Below, in pieces: positions 9,863 through 24,179 of a stretch of DNA of 64,000 nt. Each line of letters starts with the position of its first letter. The first letter of the stretch is position 1. Source of the stretch: the human T2T-CHM13v2.0 reference genome, Homo sapiens; assembly GCF_009914755.1 (NCBI RefSeq), contig NC_060935.1. The stretch is one strand, 5' to 3'. A model generated the notes under the pieces. That model was not told the DNA's origin. It did not search any database and saw nothing but the letters and a program-made list of their open reading frames with translations. The position numbers and the translations under genes are program-made.

Positions 9863-12793
9863 ACATTTCTCGACCCCTATCACATTGCCTTCATAACGAC
9901 TTTGGATGTATCTTCATATTGTAGATTTAGGTCTAGATTTGCTAGCTCCAAGTAATTAAGGCCATGTAGGAGAGCATGGTAACCACAGATAGAACTGGTA
10001 TTATCCCAAGTGGTCTGCAGACTGCTGAGTGGGGATGGGATCTGCTCTCTGTTGAGAGTTGGTAATCATTGGTTTGAAATGTGATGAAACCACTCAAGCC
10101 AATGAAGGTGGGTGTGTAGGTGGGGAGTACTTTGCCATAATATTTTAAAACATTACCTGGTTAGAGTTCTAAGTGGTACTTATTTTTGTTTGGTTAGGGG
10201 AAAGCCTGAATAAAAACAGAAATGGACACATAATATGCATATTCCATAGTCTTTGGGAGGCTGGAATGTGCCTGGGATTTGGGTCTAAGTGTATGCGTAA
10301 TTCTTACCTCACTAAAGAATTTGCCTTGTTTTTTTCCTTTTGGTGAGTGACTAAAACGTCTGGGCTTCCCTGTGTGCGTGCTACAGTAAGCAAGCAGAGG
10401 CTGTGCAAAGGTGTGAGCAGGATCACGTGGAATCTGGAGGATACATCTTGGCTTGCAAACTGCCTCTGTCTCCTGGGTGGGACTGTTCTGTCCTTGCACT
10501 GCTGTTCTGTGTTACCTCTTGGGGTGTAAGGTTTTGCTTACAGGAGACAAACTTTGGGCGTAGAATGGAAGCCACTGCCAGCCTCTGTGCTGAGAAGGAA
10601 GGTGCTTGTTTCAAAGGGAGCAGCAAGGGAGGCTTGTTCTACTCACCTGGGCCTGTTTGCCTGAGAAGGGGAGATAAGGGCTGAACTGGGACTAGCCAGG
10701 GGGACCAACACAAATGGTGGGGGATCATGACCTGAAGGATTCTTTCCTTCCCATGAGCTGCAGGGCTGGTTGCCGTCCTTGCAACTGTGTCTTATTTGCC
10801 TGTGCCGTTATATCTTGGTGACCCCTCCACGTGTACACTACTGACAAACGGGTGGAGTGCTGGGGAGAAGTCACTGTGCCGCCCACCTAGTAAACCTTCT
10901 GTCTGTGCTCATGGCATCTCCAAGATGGGGCACTGCTGTGTGCAGAATCCAGGGTCCTCTTTCTGCTTGCAACTCCTTTCCCTGGATGCCCCAGAAACAA
11001 TCCAGGCCTCCTTTCCTATCTTACCCCTTTGCTTTGCTTTTTACCCCAGCACCTCTATAACCGCCTTCTCTTCTTTTCAGAACTCCTTGTTTCTCATCCT
11101 GTTTTTTATGATTACAAAACTCTTGCTTCCACCCTGGAAGATAACTGCTATAGATGCCTGTATGTAAATGGTGCTGTCTCCAGCAACTGGCATGCTGAAG
11201 AAGAATTGATTCACGGGGTATAAATGTTGGGGATTGGAAGTGGGGATGAAATGGCACTTGTTGATACAGGAGCAGAGAGGTGAGGCCGACTGCTGAAGAC
11301 AGCTCGCCACCCTCCTTGCCTCCACTCCAATCCAGGGGCTGGGGCCACATTCTTTGCCTTCATTTATCCTCAGATCAGGTGAGATCGACAGGAGGTGTTG
11401 ATGGCAGTGCCAGCAATTATTGCTAATCCGTTTGCATCCTTATGCATAGATCTGAATTCAGACTTTGTGAATTTCCAGAGGTGTGGGTAATATAATAGAA
11501 TTCAGTGAGTGGGCATGGCTGATCTTGTGCAAATTAAAAGTTATGGGGCATAAGAATAGCAAAAGTTGAACTTCTTTTAAAAAGGAAAGTACCCTGAGAG
11601 CCAGTATTGGTTGAGGCTCTTCAGTATGCCCAGGTTGGCAGCACTGAGAACCGCAGGAACGGCCTGTTGTTACAAAAAGGAGATTGACTCAGCTGCCCTT
11701 GGTGCATCTGACTGACTATGACTGCTGAGAGATTCCAAGGACCCTTAATGCCAGGGCTAACCTCTCCATGTGCAGTGAGACCTCTGGAGGAAGTGTCATC
11801 CTCTGGCTTTGTGTGGTACTCATTATGGTGCAGTGCGGGCATGAAATGAAGACACCCAAATAGGCTTACAGATACGATATGTTTTAAATGTTCGTATTTA
11901 ACAAAAACATACTGACACTGTTTGGAAATGGCAACAGGAAGATAGCAAAATGAATACTAACATTACGAAAAGATGAACAGGTACATGTTCCAAGGCAGGT
12001 GGCTGTGAACTTCCTCTGAGTGAAGGCATCCCCTCCAGCACCTTTCAGCCTGCTAGTTAGGACGACCCGCCGCCACCCTCCAGGACCTCCAGCCCTGCAC
12101 TGCCTTTCCTCTCTTTTAAATAATTCTTCATTGAGTTCTAATATGTAAAAAAAAAAAGTTTACTGTAAAGTTTGCAAATAAGGAAATTTTTTTTAAAAGT
12201 CCTCAGTAATCTTACCAGTAACAATTGTTATGGGCACATTTGCTTTTGGAAGATTTCTTTTGTATGCATGGGATAAGTACATTTTTAAACAAAAATGGGA
12301 TTATGCCATAAATTCTATTTTGTGACTTTAATATATAGTGAACACCTTTTTTAATGATGACAGGATGTTCCCTTGCATGGCTGTATCAATTTAAACAATC
12401 TTGTTTCAATGGGCATACAGGGTATTTTCTAGTTTTTTTTTCCTCTTAGAAAATAATACTTGCGATGACTTTCCTTGTAGCTCAGACTTTTTCACGTCTG
12501 TTGTTATCTCTTTGGGAATGCTGAATACATACATTTCGAGAAGGAAATGACTGTTAAACTCTTAAGACTTCAGGTTCATATTGCTAAACTGCCCAGCAGG
12601 GAGGGATTTTTTCAATTAGTGTTCTCACTGGTGAGGCAAACCTGATGCCTTCCCCTCTTCCTCAGAACCGGCTTTATCACATTGAAAACCTTTGCTCCTC
12701 CGACGGATCGAGTCTGCTTTCCCTGTGGATGTGAGCATTGCTTTGTCTGCTGGTGACTGAACATCTCTACCATGTGTCAATTGGCCATTTGTG

Positions 12794-12802
12794 GTGTGTG
12801 TG

Positions 12803-12833
<31 letters not shown>
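12794..12833 (+). repeat. (GT)n microsatellite, a UG tract in NEAT1_2
   Basis: About 20 GT units with one GC interruption. Confidence 0.95.
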
Positions 12834-13354
12834 ATGATTTTCTAATTCCTAGTCATTTTTCTATTGATTGTTTTGCAAAAGCCATTTACATCTTAAGGAT
12901 ATTGATAATCTTTTGTTATATTTGATGCAAATATTTTTTTCCAGTTTATAGGTTGCCTTTTAATTTTGTGTTTCAGGTAGATAAAAGTTAAACGATTTTC
13001 TTAGGTTAGTTTATCACTGTGGTTTCTGAACTTGTTATGTGTAGATCTTTTCCACCCCAAGAGTACATAAATATTAATCCATACTTTCTTATGGAACTTG
13101 TATGGTTTCGTTTTTTACATTTAAACCTTCTTCCCCGTGGTGTGTGTTGTGGAATCTGTGTTTGTGTGAGGAGGGGCATGGTGCTCTCAGAACCCACCTC
13201 CTGTGGCCAGAGAGCCCTGTCCTGTGAGGGTGGTTATCACAGTGGCAGGGTTCAATTCAGAAGACCTTGAGGGCAGGCTGATGTTTCCTGAATGGGCCCC
13301 TGGTTGTTGCTTGTCCCTGACTCTCCATTTCCCCATCTGAGTGGATTTGGACCT

Positions 13355-13465
13355 AATAGGGCACTGGAGCTGGTTCGAATCCTGACTGGACTACTTGGCA
13401 ACTTTATGTCTGGGAGCAAGTTACTTAACCTCCCCAAGCCTGTGTCTGTGAAATGCGGGTAAATG
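13355..13465 (+). mobile_element. MIR SINE remnant
   Basis: GGTTCGAATCC (13372-13382) followed by MIR-core-like gcaagttacttaacctc...ctgtgaaatg. Confidence 0.7.
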
Positions 13466-14169
13466 AATGTAGATGTTTGGCAGCAGCTACTCCTTGTTGA
13501 GCTCTCACAGTGAACTCTCCTGCCTCTGCCCTCCTTCCCCGCCTCCCCTGGTGCCTAGCGTCAGGTCTAGCCACTTCCTCCTGGGCCCCTCTCCCTTTTC
13601 TGTGGCTGGCTGCCTGCCCGCCTGGCGCTGGACCTTTCATGTAACGGGAATCAGCATGTATATTCTGGTCTGGTCTGTTTCTACACTTAATTTTGTTTCC
13701 AGTAGTATTTCCCTGTACCGGCAGAGTTCACAAACACATTTGAAGAGGCTTTTTCTCAGGATTCTTAACCTTCCCAAAGGAAGTCCCATGGATGGGTTTC
13801 TAGAAGTCTATAAATGCTCTGAAATTGTATTTTTCTGTGGAAAGCATAACTTTCATCTGCTTGTTCGTGCTCAAAAAAGATCATGAATGAATGATTGCAT
13901 GATTTTATGCCATTGTGCTTATACTAAAGGATATGTAGCCCATCTCTTGAGCTGTTAAACTGTTTTGACTACTTTAAATCGTGCAGCTGTGAGCATCTCT
14001 GTAAATTTAGTGTACACATGTATCCCCTGGAGTGGCATTGCCTCGGCAGTGAGCACTTATGGTTTTATAACTCTCTTCACAGACTCAAATGACTCCAGAA
14101 AGCTACACTTCCTGTTGTGAGTATATGATATCCATTTCCCTACATAGCCACTAACATCAGGTTTTTACA

Positions 14170-15320
14170 ATTTTATTTATTTCTTGCTACTTTAAGAAAT
14201 TTTTGTGGTGAAATACATATAATAGAAGTTGACTATCTGAATCATTTTTAAGTATACATTCAGTAGTGTTAAGTATGTCGCCATTGTTGTACAACCAATC
14301 TCCAGAACTTTTTCATCTTGCAAAACAAACTCTGTACCCATTAAATAACATTAAACATTCCATTCCCTCCAGCCTCAGCAACCCCATTCTACTTTCTGTT
14401 TCTGTGAGTTTGACTATTCCAAGCACTTCATATCAGTTAAATCATGAAGTATTTGTCTGTCTGTGACTGGCTTATTTCTCTGAGCACAGTGTCCTCGAGA
14501 TGCGTCTATGTTGTAGCATATGTCAGAATTTCCTTCCTTTTTAAAAGATCCAAATAATATTCTTATTTTATATCTTTTTTTTATCCATTCATCCATTAGT
14601 GGACACTTGGGTTGCTTTTGGCTATTGTAAATAATGGTGCTATGTACAAATATCTATATTATTGTATTTACAAGTATAATGCTGTAATGTACACACATCT
14701 TTTTGAGATCCTACCTTCAGTTCTTTTGAGTATATAGCCAGAAGTGGTATTACTAAATCTTACGATATTTCTATTTTTAATTTATTGAGGAACCACTGTA
14801 GTTTTTCATAGCAACTGCACCATTTTACGTTCTCACCAAGAGTGCACAAGGGTTCCGAGGTTCCCACATCCTCCCCAACACTTGTTATTTTCTGCTTTTT
14901 TTAGATTGCAGCCATCATAGTGGGTGTGAGGTGACATTTCATTGTGGTTTTGATTTGCATTTCCCTAATGAGGAGTGATGCTGAGCATCTTTTCATATGC
15001 TTACTGGTCATTTGTATGTTGTCTTTGGAAAAATGTCTATTCAAGTCCTTTGACTATTTTAAAAATTGGGTTATTAGAGTTATCGTTGTTGTTGACTTGT
15101 AGGAGTTTCTTTCTATATTCTGGATATTAATCCCCTATCAGATATATGATTTGCAAATATCTTCTCTTATTCCATAAGGTTACTTTTTCACTTTGTTGAT
15201 TGTGTTCTTTGATGTATAGAAGTTTTTAGTTTTGAAATAGTCTAATTTATCTGTTTTTACTTTTGTGGTCTGTGCTTTTGGTGTCATATCCAAGAAATCC
15301 TTGCCAAATCCAACGTTATA
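14170..15320 (-). mobile_element. Old LINE-1 (L1M-type) 3' portion, antisense
   Basis: Reverse L1 motifs tttaagtatacattcagtagtgttaagta, ttatccattcatccattagtggacacttgggttg, gtggttttgatttgcatttccctaatg, ttttggtgtcatatccaagaaatc. Confidence 0.85.
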
Positions 15321-15374
15321 AGGTACTTTTAAGGTATTTTAGTTGTCTTAGTCTATATTTCTGTACTCACCTTT

Positions 15375-15525
15375 CTTTATCCACTCATCAGTTGATGGGC
15401 ATGTAGGTTGGTTCCATATCTTTGCAATTCTGAATTGTGCTGTGATCAGGTGTCTTTTTAGTATAATGATTTACTCTCCTTTGGGTAGATACCCAGTAGT
15501 GGGATTGCTGGATCGAATGGTTTTT
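15375..15525 (-). mobile_element. L1 fragment (L1PB/L1MA-like), paralogous to 16405-16545
   Basis: ttgggtagatacccagtagtgggattgctggatc motif. Confidence 0.75.
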
Positions 15526-15832
15526 ATAATTTTCTATTTTACCACAGTTTCTCTCTGCATTTTTCCTCTTTGACCACTAACCATGTGAAATTCTCATATT
15601 GACCTTTATAATGATCATGAACTCTTAGTATCATTGGGAAGGCCACATTTGCCACTTATGATTGTAAACCTTATCCTCCATTTTTCCTGTTATTGTTGGT
15701 GCAAAAAGCACCTATTATACCAGGACTTTAAAAATCAGTCTGATAAGTCTTTGATAAGTCTAATAATAATAACTGATAAGTCCATTGAATTTGCTTCTGA
15801 TTACTTTTTCTTTAGTAGCTAAACATGTATGT

Positions 15833-16097
15833 ACTCCTATGATTACAATGAACACTCCTCTCCATTTAAATTAATTATTTACATTGATGAAATAGCAAAA
15901 TGTTAATGACTAAATACTGTCTTGGTTTTTTCGTTCCAGGTCAGTCAATATTAACTTCTTATAATTTTCTTTTTTTTCTTTATGTGTGTGTGTGTGTGTA
16001 TTTTTTTTTTTTTAATTTCAATGGCTTTTGGGGTACAAATGGCTTTTGGTCATATAGATGAATTCTACAGTAGTGAAGTCTGAGATTTTACTGCACC
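15833..16097 (+). repeat. Copy 1 of a ~265-bp internal duplication in NEAT1_2
   Basis: Near-identical to 16874-17147, including a (TG)n tract and an L1 tail. Confidence 0.95.
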
Positions 16098-16545
16098 GGT
16101 CACCTGAGTAGTGTACATTGTACCCAATATGTGGTTTTTTATACCTTGCCCCCCTCTTACCCTCCCCACTTTGAGTCTCTAGTGTCCATTATGTCACTCT
16201 GTATACCTTTTTGTACCCATAAGTTAGCTCTCACTTATAAGTGAGAACACACAGTATTTGGTTTTCCATTCCTGAGTTGCTTCACTTAGAATAATATCCT
16301 CCAGCTCCATCCAAAATTGCTGCAAAAAAAAAAAAAACCACAAACATTATTTTGTTCTTTTTTATTGCTAAGTCATATTCCATGGTGTAGAGATACCACA
16401 TTTTATTTATCCACTCACTGGTTGATGGGTTGGTTCCACATCTTTGCAATTGTGACTTGTACTGCCATCAAGTGTCTTTCTGGTATAATGACTTCTTTTC
16501 CTTTGGGTAGATACCCAGGAGTGGGATTGCTAGATCAAATGGTTC
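16000..16545 (-). mobile_element. L1 (L1PB/L1MA-like) 3' end, antisense
   Basis: T-rich tail, then ttttggggtaca...gtctgagatttta...cacttataagtgagaac...cctccagctccatcca. Confidence 0.85.
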
Positions 16546-16873
16546 TTAACATTTTCTCTCTGGATCTATTTCTGGAAATTTTAGGCTCCAGTTTTTGTTG
16601 TTGTTGTTAATAAAATGCAATGGAATGTAATGATCATCACTTTTCATTATGCTTTAAAATCTGGTAAATGGAGGCTAGAACACTCCTGTAAGGCAAGAAT
16701 ATTCTCTCTGTTGGAACTCAAATACACAGAACTGGGTAAATCTCAATCTTAATCTTTGATTCAGGACACAACATGGCTCTCTTTTACTTGCTTTCTTTAA
16801 TTGTTTTTTAATAATGTGGTAAGCATTTCTGAATCTCCTATCCAATACAAAAACTAGGACAATACAGACAGTA

Positions 16874-17030
16874 ACTCCTATGGTTACAATGAACACTCCT
16901 CTCCACTTAAATTAATTATTTACACTGATGAAATTGAAATAGCAAAATTTTAATGACTAAATACTGTCTTTGATTTTTTGTTCCAGGTCTGTCAATATTA
17001 ACTTCTTATAATTTTCTTTTTTTTTCTTTA

Positions 17031-17061
<31 letters not shown>

Positions 17062-17147
17062 TTAATTTCAATGGCTTTTGGGGTACAAATGGCTTTTGGT
17101 CATATATATGAGTTCTACAGTAGTGAAGTCTGAGATTTTACTACACC
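16874..17147 (+). repeat. Copy 2 of the ~265-bp internal duplication
   Basis: Near-identical to 15833-16097. Confidence 0.95.
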
Positions 17148-20100
17148 TTCCACTTATGTGGTCCCACACCACCCGCCTCCCCTGCCGCCTCCTGCCACCC
17201 CCTAGGCCAAGGTAATAATCATCCTGAATCCTGGGTTTATCTCTCACTTGCTTTCTTTTCATATAATTTTGCAAAAGAATCTGATCTAAATGTGTTTTTC
17301 AGAGTATATATTTATATTTTAGCTGTTCTTAGAGAAAATTTATTATTTTGCATGTAATCTTATGGAACATTCTCATTTAATACCATGGTAAGATTCAGCC
17401 CTTGCCCAGGGGATAGTTCATTTAGTTTGTTTACTGGATAGAGCTCATCATGTGACTATACCTCAGTTAGTTTATCAGTTCTCCCATCCATGGTGACTAG
17501 GTTGCCTCTCAGCCTCTCAACAACACTGTTTCTCAGTGTCCTTGTAGAAGTGATATGTGGGTGTTTTCTCCTTACACAGAGTTGAAAGGTGACGACAACA
17601 ACGTTGGCACTACCAATCCCCCACCCTCCAGAGGGGTAACCAGTGTTACCAGTTTGCTGTGTTTCCTGCTACACCTCGCCTTATTCACTTCCATTTGTAT
17701 CTGAAAAACGTGTTGCATGGTTTCTTTTCTATAGAAGTGGTAAAATGCTATTGTGTCCTGTACATTATTGATTACTTTTTTTCATTTAACAGTAGGGAGA
17801 TGCCTGGGAGTACACAGAGAACTGCCCTCATTGTTTTCAACTTCTGCACTGTATGTCTGTGAGTTTAGCCATTCTGCTGTTAATGGAAATTTACAGTATT
17901 CTAATCTTTTGATATTACAAACAGTTCTGTGCGATCATCGTCATACACAACCCCTTGTGCACAATGCATGAGTGTTTCTCAGGGTAGGTACCAAGAAGTG
18001 AAATTCCTGGGTCATAGGGCGTGAGTCCGACATTTTTCTCCATTCTGCCCTGTTGCCCTCCAGAGTGGGTGTCCAGCTTTGCATACCTAAGTATGAGAGT
18101 ATCTGTTGTTCATATCCTCTACGACGCTCCATATATGAAACTTAAGTTTCTGCTAGTTGCCATCTTTGATCTATCATGTATGCAGTGACCTACTAAGACT
18201 GTAATTGGTACAGTAGATTCTTGTCATCTGTGTGTGAATTTAGCATTCATGGGCTTAATGCTGACAAGGCCCCCAGGGTCCAAGACATATAATCATGTAT
18301 AATTTTGTCAAGGTATAATTTTTTAAATTGCTTTTGTCATGTGTCTGCTGGTGATGCCCAACCCAGTGCTCTGCACCCAGGTCACACTGTGGCTTTGTCC
18401 TCTGCTTATGCCTGCATTGCAGCAACTGTCCTGAAGAGACCAAAATTATGCAGATTTAGGTAAGTCCATGGCTAATGTTATTATATTATGTGCTATTGTA
18501 ATGGATGGGGCTGTGGAGTGTATGAATTTATAAATCACTGGTCTTGTAATTAAAATTCAAACACTATAGAAAAAGGCCATGTAGAAGATAAAAGTTCCTC
18601 TATAATCCCGGACCCCTAAGATAACTACTAATGACAACTTCATTTATATTCCTTCAGACATTTTCTGGCTGTGGATGTACTAAAATGTATCCTATTATTC
18701 TCTGCCCTAAAATGGAATCATACAAGGTGTACTGTTATTTTTATGGCTCTATAACATGTCATATTGTACGTGTTGGTATGGTCATTTTAACCATTTTTCT
18801 AGTGATGGCTTTGAGGTTATTTGCAGTTTCCTAGCCATCTCAAAGTGTGCTGCGGGGATCTCTTTTGCATCCCTCTGGGTGCAGAGCTGAGGCACCCAGA
18901 GGCAGTGTCCAGAGGAGGCAGCATCTGTAGGTGTCTTCACCTGCTCTGGCTCTTGGCACATCTGGTTGGTGACACTGTTTTGTGAGATGGGTTGAAAGCA
19001 CGTGCTGCCAAAATAGAATAATGTTGGTCCTCTCCTCATGTGCCGTGGAACTGGGGTAAAACTGCGTAGTGGCTGCAGCTGCCTGTCCATACCGGAATCG
19101 AGTATAACACGGTGCCTGGCTTAGCACAAAACAGTAGTGGGTCCTGCAGGCCCCAGAGTCTAATTCCTGGTATTCTTTCCCCTACACAGATTAAATAAAC
19201 CAAAAACAAACTATTCTAGGAAAGCGTCTGTGACATTTGTAAAAAGTGGTATTTAATGATCTTTTATTCACTTGTCTGTTTAGTTTGTTGAAATCTTAAG
19301 TGGCATCCTGGTCTGGGAAGGAGTGCTGTCTGCGCCTGCCCTCCGCTGGGCACAGCGTGGCTGCTTCAGGGGCTAAGCACACACTTTCTGTCTTCTAAAG
19401 GGCTGCCACATGCCAGGAGCTCAGGTGTGAGCCCGGCTCTGGCTCTTACCTCATAGGGTCACTCATAGGGGCACAGGGAGCAGAACATTGTACACAGCGA
19501 GGCACCACCCGGCTTGGCATCTGCCTCGGTGGACTTACTACCTCTAGAAGGAAATACCTGAGTTCCTCTGGCCTCAGCTCCTAGAGTGACTGGTGTGCTG
19601 TCCCTGTTACTCTTCTGTCAAGGTGACAACTGTGTGACCCATCATCTGTGTGTCAAAGCAAGGCCCTGCCTGGGCCTCTGCTCCTGTGCTGACCCCAAAG
19701 GCAAATGCTTTGCTAGTTTCCTTCCAGTTAATTTCACCTATGAATAGATGTGTGAAAACTGTTCAAAGCCATACCTGCACATGTTTGAACTTCAAACCCT
19801 GTGGGTGATTCAGTGGCATCTTTCTCTAACCCCCAGCCTCCCTTCCCACAGAGGCCACCGTCATGGCCAGTTGCTGCAGTTTCTTTCCAGAGAACCTGTG
19901 TATGTGTAAAGCTGTACAGGCGTGGGTACACCACACAGCCTGTCTTGCACTGTGGACTGTTGAGTTACTAGTACATCTAGGTAAGCACCGCATATCTGTA
20001 TTCATGTCTGCCTTGGTCTTTTCAACATCTGTGTGGTAGCCGTGTTTGAATTACCCATTCCCTTTTTGGGGAACCATTAAGTTGTTTCAGCAATTTTTAC

Positions 20101-20497
20101 TGTAGATAAGGCTATACCGCATATCTGTGTACATGGGTTTTTATGTACATGGGCAAGTATATCTGTGAGAGAAAAGTTTCCTCAGGAGGAATTCTGGGCA
20201 CAGCATGTGTAAATTTCTAAATATGATGGACACCCCCAGCTTCCACCTCAAGGAGGTTGGTCCCATTGACATTTCCCCACACCTTCACCCAGGCTGTGCC
20301 CTTAAACTTGGTTATTTGTCAATGTGAGAAGTGGAAAATAGTATTTAATTGTAGTTTGGATTTGTATTTCTATTGGGTTGTATACTTACTGATTAATAAT
20401 AAGAGCTCTTTACATATTAAGGAAATTAACCCTTTTCAAATACATTCCTATTTCTCACTAATCTTTAAGTTTTATTGTAATATTTTGCTCTTTAGTT

Positions 20498-20509
20498 TAT
20501 ATATATATG

Positions 20510-20541
<32 letters not shown>

Positions 20542-20565
20542 CATATATATATACATATATATATA
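20498..20565. repeat. Compound (TA)n microsatellite
   Basis: tatatatatatgtatatatatatatatgtatata...catatata. Confidence 0.95.
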
Positions 20566-21654
20566 CTAATTTTCTTTTATGGTTCCTGGATTTTGTGAGT
20601 AGTTTGAAAAGGCTAATCCAGCTGAAGATTTTGTTGTTGTTGTTAAACCCCATGTTTTCTCCTAACTCTTTTTATTTTTATTTTGGAGGACTCTATCTAG
20701 ACTTAATTTTAGCATAACAAGTGACAGGGTTAGTTAGCCTGTTGTCCTTACACCATTTTCTGGCTAATACAGCTATTAACTATTGATCTGTCTATTCACG
20801 TGCCAGTTCCTAATGGTTTTACATAGTGTAATCTGCACTTCAAAATAGCGAAGGGAAGCCCTACCTCATTATTCTACTTTTCCAGAATTCTCCTGGCTAT
20901 TCCAGGCTGCATGTTTACCTTAACCTTCCCTGTGATGTCTTCATGCCGTTGTCTTCTTATGCAAGAATAAGGTACGTCTTTCCATCCACTCACGTCTATT
21001 TAATTTGACTTTGCATTACACAGAAAGCTGGTCTTGGTCTGTCTACCTCGGCATCTAGTTGTCCTCACTGCCCCCTAGCCGACCCCACCCCATCTGACTG
21101 ACTACCCCATCACAGAGTACTTTTATTTACGTTTTGCTCTGCCTAATGGTTACTTGATACTGTCACGCCGACAGTGTCCAGTTCAGTGGTCTTTGCAGTT
21201 GAAATGCTCCCGTACACACTGTCTTGTTAAAAATGCCAGTAAGTTCATACAAACCCAGCTTGCACCCAAGGTCACATTCAGAGAGCGTAGGGCTGGGATG
21301 GGTTGTTTTCCAAGCTTCTGCCACTGTGTGGCTAGCTCTTCCCACTGGGAAGTTCTGTGTACCCGGAATGTCGGAGTGGAGTCCTGTTCTAGTGTCCAGC
21401 ACCTGACCCTGTGCCCAACCCCTCAACAGCCTATTCCTGCTGTCCACAGCCTGCTGGAACTTTTTACAAAATATGTTGCCATGCTGGACCCTGGGCACTG
21501 GACATAAGCCCCCTGGCAGCCTTTTTCATGTCACCCAAAGGGGTAATTGTCCTACTGGTGGTCTGTAAGATGAGTTAGGGTGACTTGCTAATAGACATTG
21601 TAAATCTTAATATTTATGTATGTATTTTATTATTACCGGTTTTCCATTTATGAT

Positions 21655-22700
21655 GGTAATATTGTTTCTTCTAAGAATATTTATTTTTCCTTCTAAATAT
21701 TGAGATAAAATTCATGCTTTTGAAATGTTCTATTCAGTGGCTTTTAGTATATTTGCTATGTTGTGCAACCATCGACACTATCCATTTCTAGAACTTTTTC
21801 GTCATCCCAAACAGACGCTCTGTATTCATAAAAAAATAACTTCCTACCTGTCTCTCCCCCTAGTCTTTGGTAACCTTTGTTATACTGGTAAACTTTGTTG
21901 TGCTCTCTGTCTGTGTGAATTTGCCTATTCTAGGGGCCTCATATAAGTGTAATCATACAGTATTTGTCTTTTTGGGTCTGTCTGATTTCACTTAGCGGGT
22001 TTTCAGGGTTCATTCATGTTGCAGCATATAACAGTACTGCGTTCCTTTTTCTGGCTGAATAATATTCCACTGTATGGATAGACCCCATTTTGTTTATTCA
22101 CACATCATTTGGACATTTGGATTATTTCTGGTTTTTGGCTATTATGAACAATGGTGCTATGAACAGTTGCGTACAAGTTTTTGTGTGAACATATGTTTTC
22201 AATTCTCTCATTATATACCTAGGAGTAGAATTACTGGGTCATATGGTAACTGTATATTTTTGAGGAACTGCCAAACTATTTTCCCACGTCCATGCACCAT
22301 TTCACATTCCCACCAGTAAGTAAGAGGGTTCCAATTTCTGCGCATTCTTGCCAACACTAGTTATTATCTGACTTTCTGGTTATAATCATTCTAATGAGTG
22401 TGAAGTAGCCTCTGGTGTCATTTGGATTTGCATTTCTCTGATGAGTGATGCTATCAAGCACCTTTGCTGGTGCTGTTGGCCATATGTGTATGTTCCCTGG
22501 AGAAGTGTCTGTGCTGAGCCTTGGCCCACTTTTTAATTAGGCGTTTGTCTTTTTATTACTGAGTTGTAAGAGTTCTTTATATATTCTGGATTCTAGACCC
22601 TTATCAGATACATGGTTTGCAAATATTTTCTCCCATTCTGTGGGTTGTGTTTTCACTTTATCGATAATGTCCTTAGACATATAATAAATTTGTATTTTAA
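21655..22700 (-). mobile_element. Old LINE-1 (L1MB-like) 3' portion, antisense
   Basis: Reverse L1 motifs ttcagtggcttttagtatatt, gggtcatatggtaact...ttttgaggaactgccaaact, ccttatcagatacatggtttgcaaatattttctcccattctgtgggttg. Confidence 0.85.
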
Positions 22701-22714
22701 AAGTGACTTGATTT

Positions 22715-22998
22715 GGCTGTGCAAGGTGGCTCACGCTTGTAATCCCAGCACTTTGGGAGACTGAGGTGGGTGGATCATATGAGGAGGCTAGGAGTTCGAG
22801 GTCAGCCTGGCCAGCATAGCGAAAACTTGTCTCTACTAAAAATACAAAAATTAGTCAGGCATGGTGGTGCACGTCTGTAATACCAGCTTCTCAGGAGGCT
22901 GAGGCACGAGGATCACTTGAACCCAGGAGGAGGAGGTTGCAGTGAGCTGAGATCATGCCAGGGCAACAGAATGAGACTTTGTTTAAAAAAAAAAAAAA
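22715..22998 (+). mobile_element. Alu within NEAT1_2
   Basis: Dimeric Alu; TSD AAAAGTGACTTGATTT on both sides. Confidence 0.95.
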
Positions 22999-23239
22999 GT
23001 GACTTGATTTAAGGGAAAAAATGACTGGCTATATTCAGTCAGATATGGCAAAAAGTCTCAAGGTGTTAATGTGAATGATTAAGGTCTTGGGGGGGGTGTC
23101 CCCTATCAGACTACAGGTGTTTAGAGGCACAGAAAAAGGTGCAGTTGGGTTCTTAATGTGAAATGATGAGAAGCACAACTCCAGTGTGTCTCTTTGTGTA
23201 GAATGTCAGCAGACACCCCCTGCTAGATGTGCTGGATCA

Positions 23240-23810
<571 letters not shown>

Positions 23811-23914
23811 GAAAAAATAAACTAAGGCAATGACAGTCCCTGGCAAATGCTGGGAGGGAGGCAGCAGTGGTCAGGGAAGGTAACCCTGAAGCAGGACTTG
23901 TAAAGCAAATAAGA

Positions 23915-24179
23915 TTGGGAGGCCAAGGTGGGTGGATCACGAGGTCAGGAGTTCGAGACCAGCCTGGCCAACATAGTGAAACCCCGTCTTTACTAAAAAT
24001 ACAAAAAAATTAGCCAGGTGTGGTGGTGGGTGCCTGTAGTCCCAGCTACTTGGGAGGCTGAGGCAGGAGAATCTCGAACCCAGGAGGCGGAGGTTACAGT
24101 CAGCTGAGACCGCACCATTGCACTCCAGCCTGGGTGACAGAGCAAGATTCCGTCTCAAAAAAAAAAAAAAAAAAAAAAA
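23915..24179 (+). mobile_element. 5'-truncated Alu within NEAT1_2
   Basis: ttgggaggccaaggtgggtggatcacgaggtcaggagttcgag... through a long A tail. Confidence 0.95.

Noticed and set aside
7038-10161. 17-nt near-repeat TTAAAACATTAsCTGGT at 7038 and 10145
   Set aside because: A 16/17 AT-rich match is roughly expected by chance in a 23-kb transcript.
13372-13382. GGTTCGAATCC, a perfect tRNA T-loop/B-box, as a possible second tRNA-like element
   Set aside because: No cloverleaf around it; the downstream sequence is MIR core, so it is the tRNA-derived SINE head.
6200-13900. Short ORFs inside NEAT1 (e.g. 7340-7567, 10787-11167, 13473-13886)
   Set aside because: Many start at non-ATG codons, none resembles a known protein, and the RNA is nuclear-retained.
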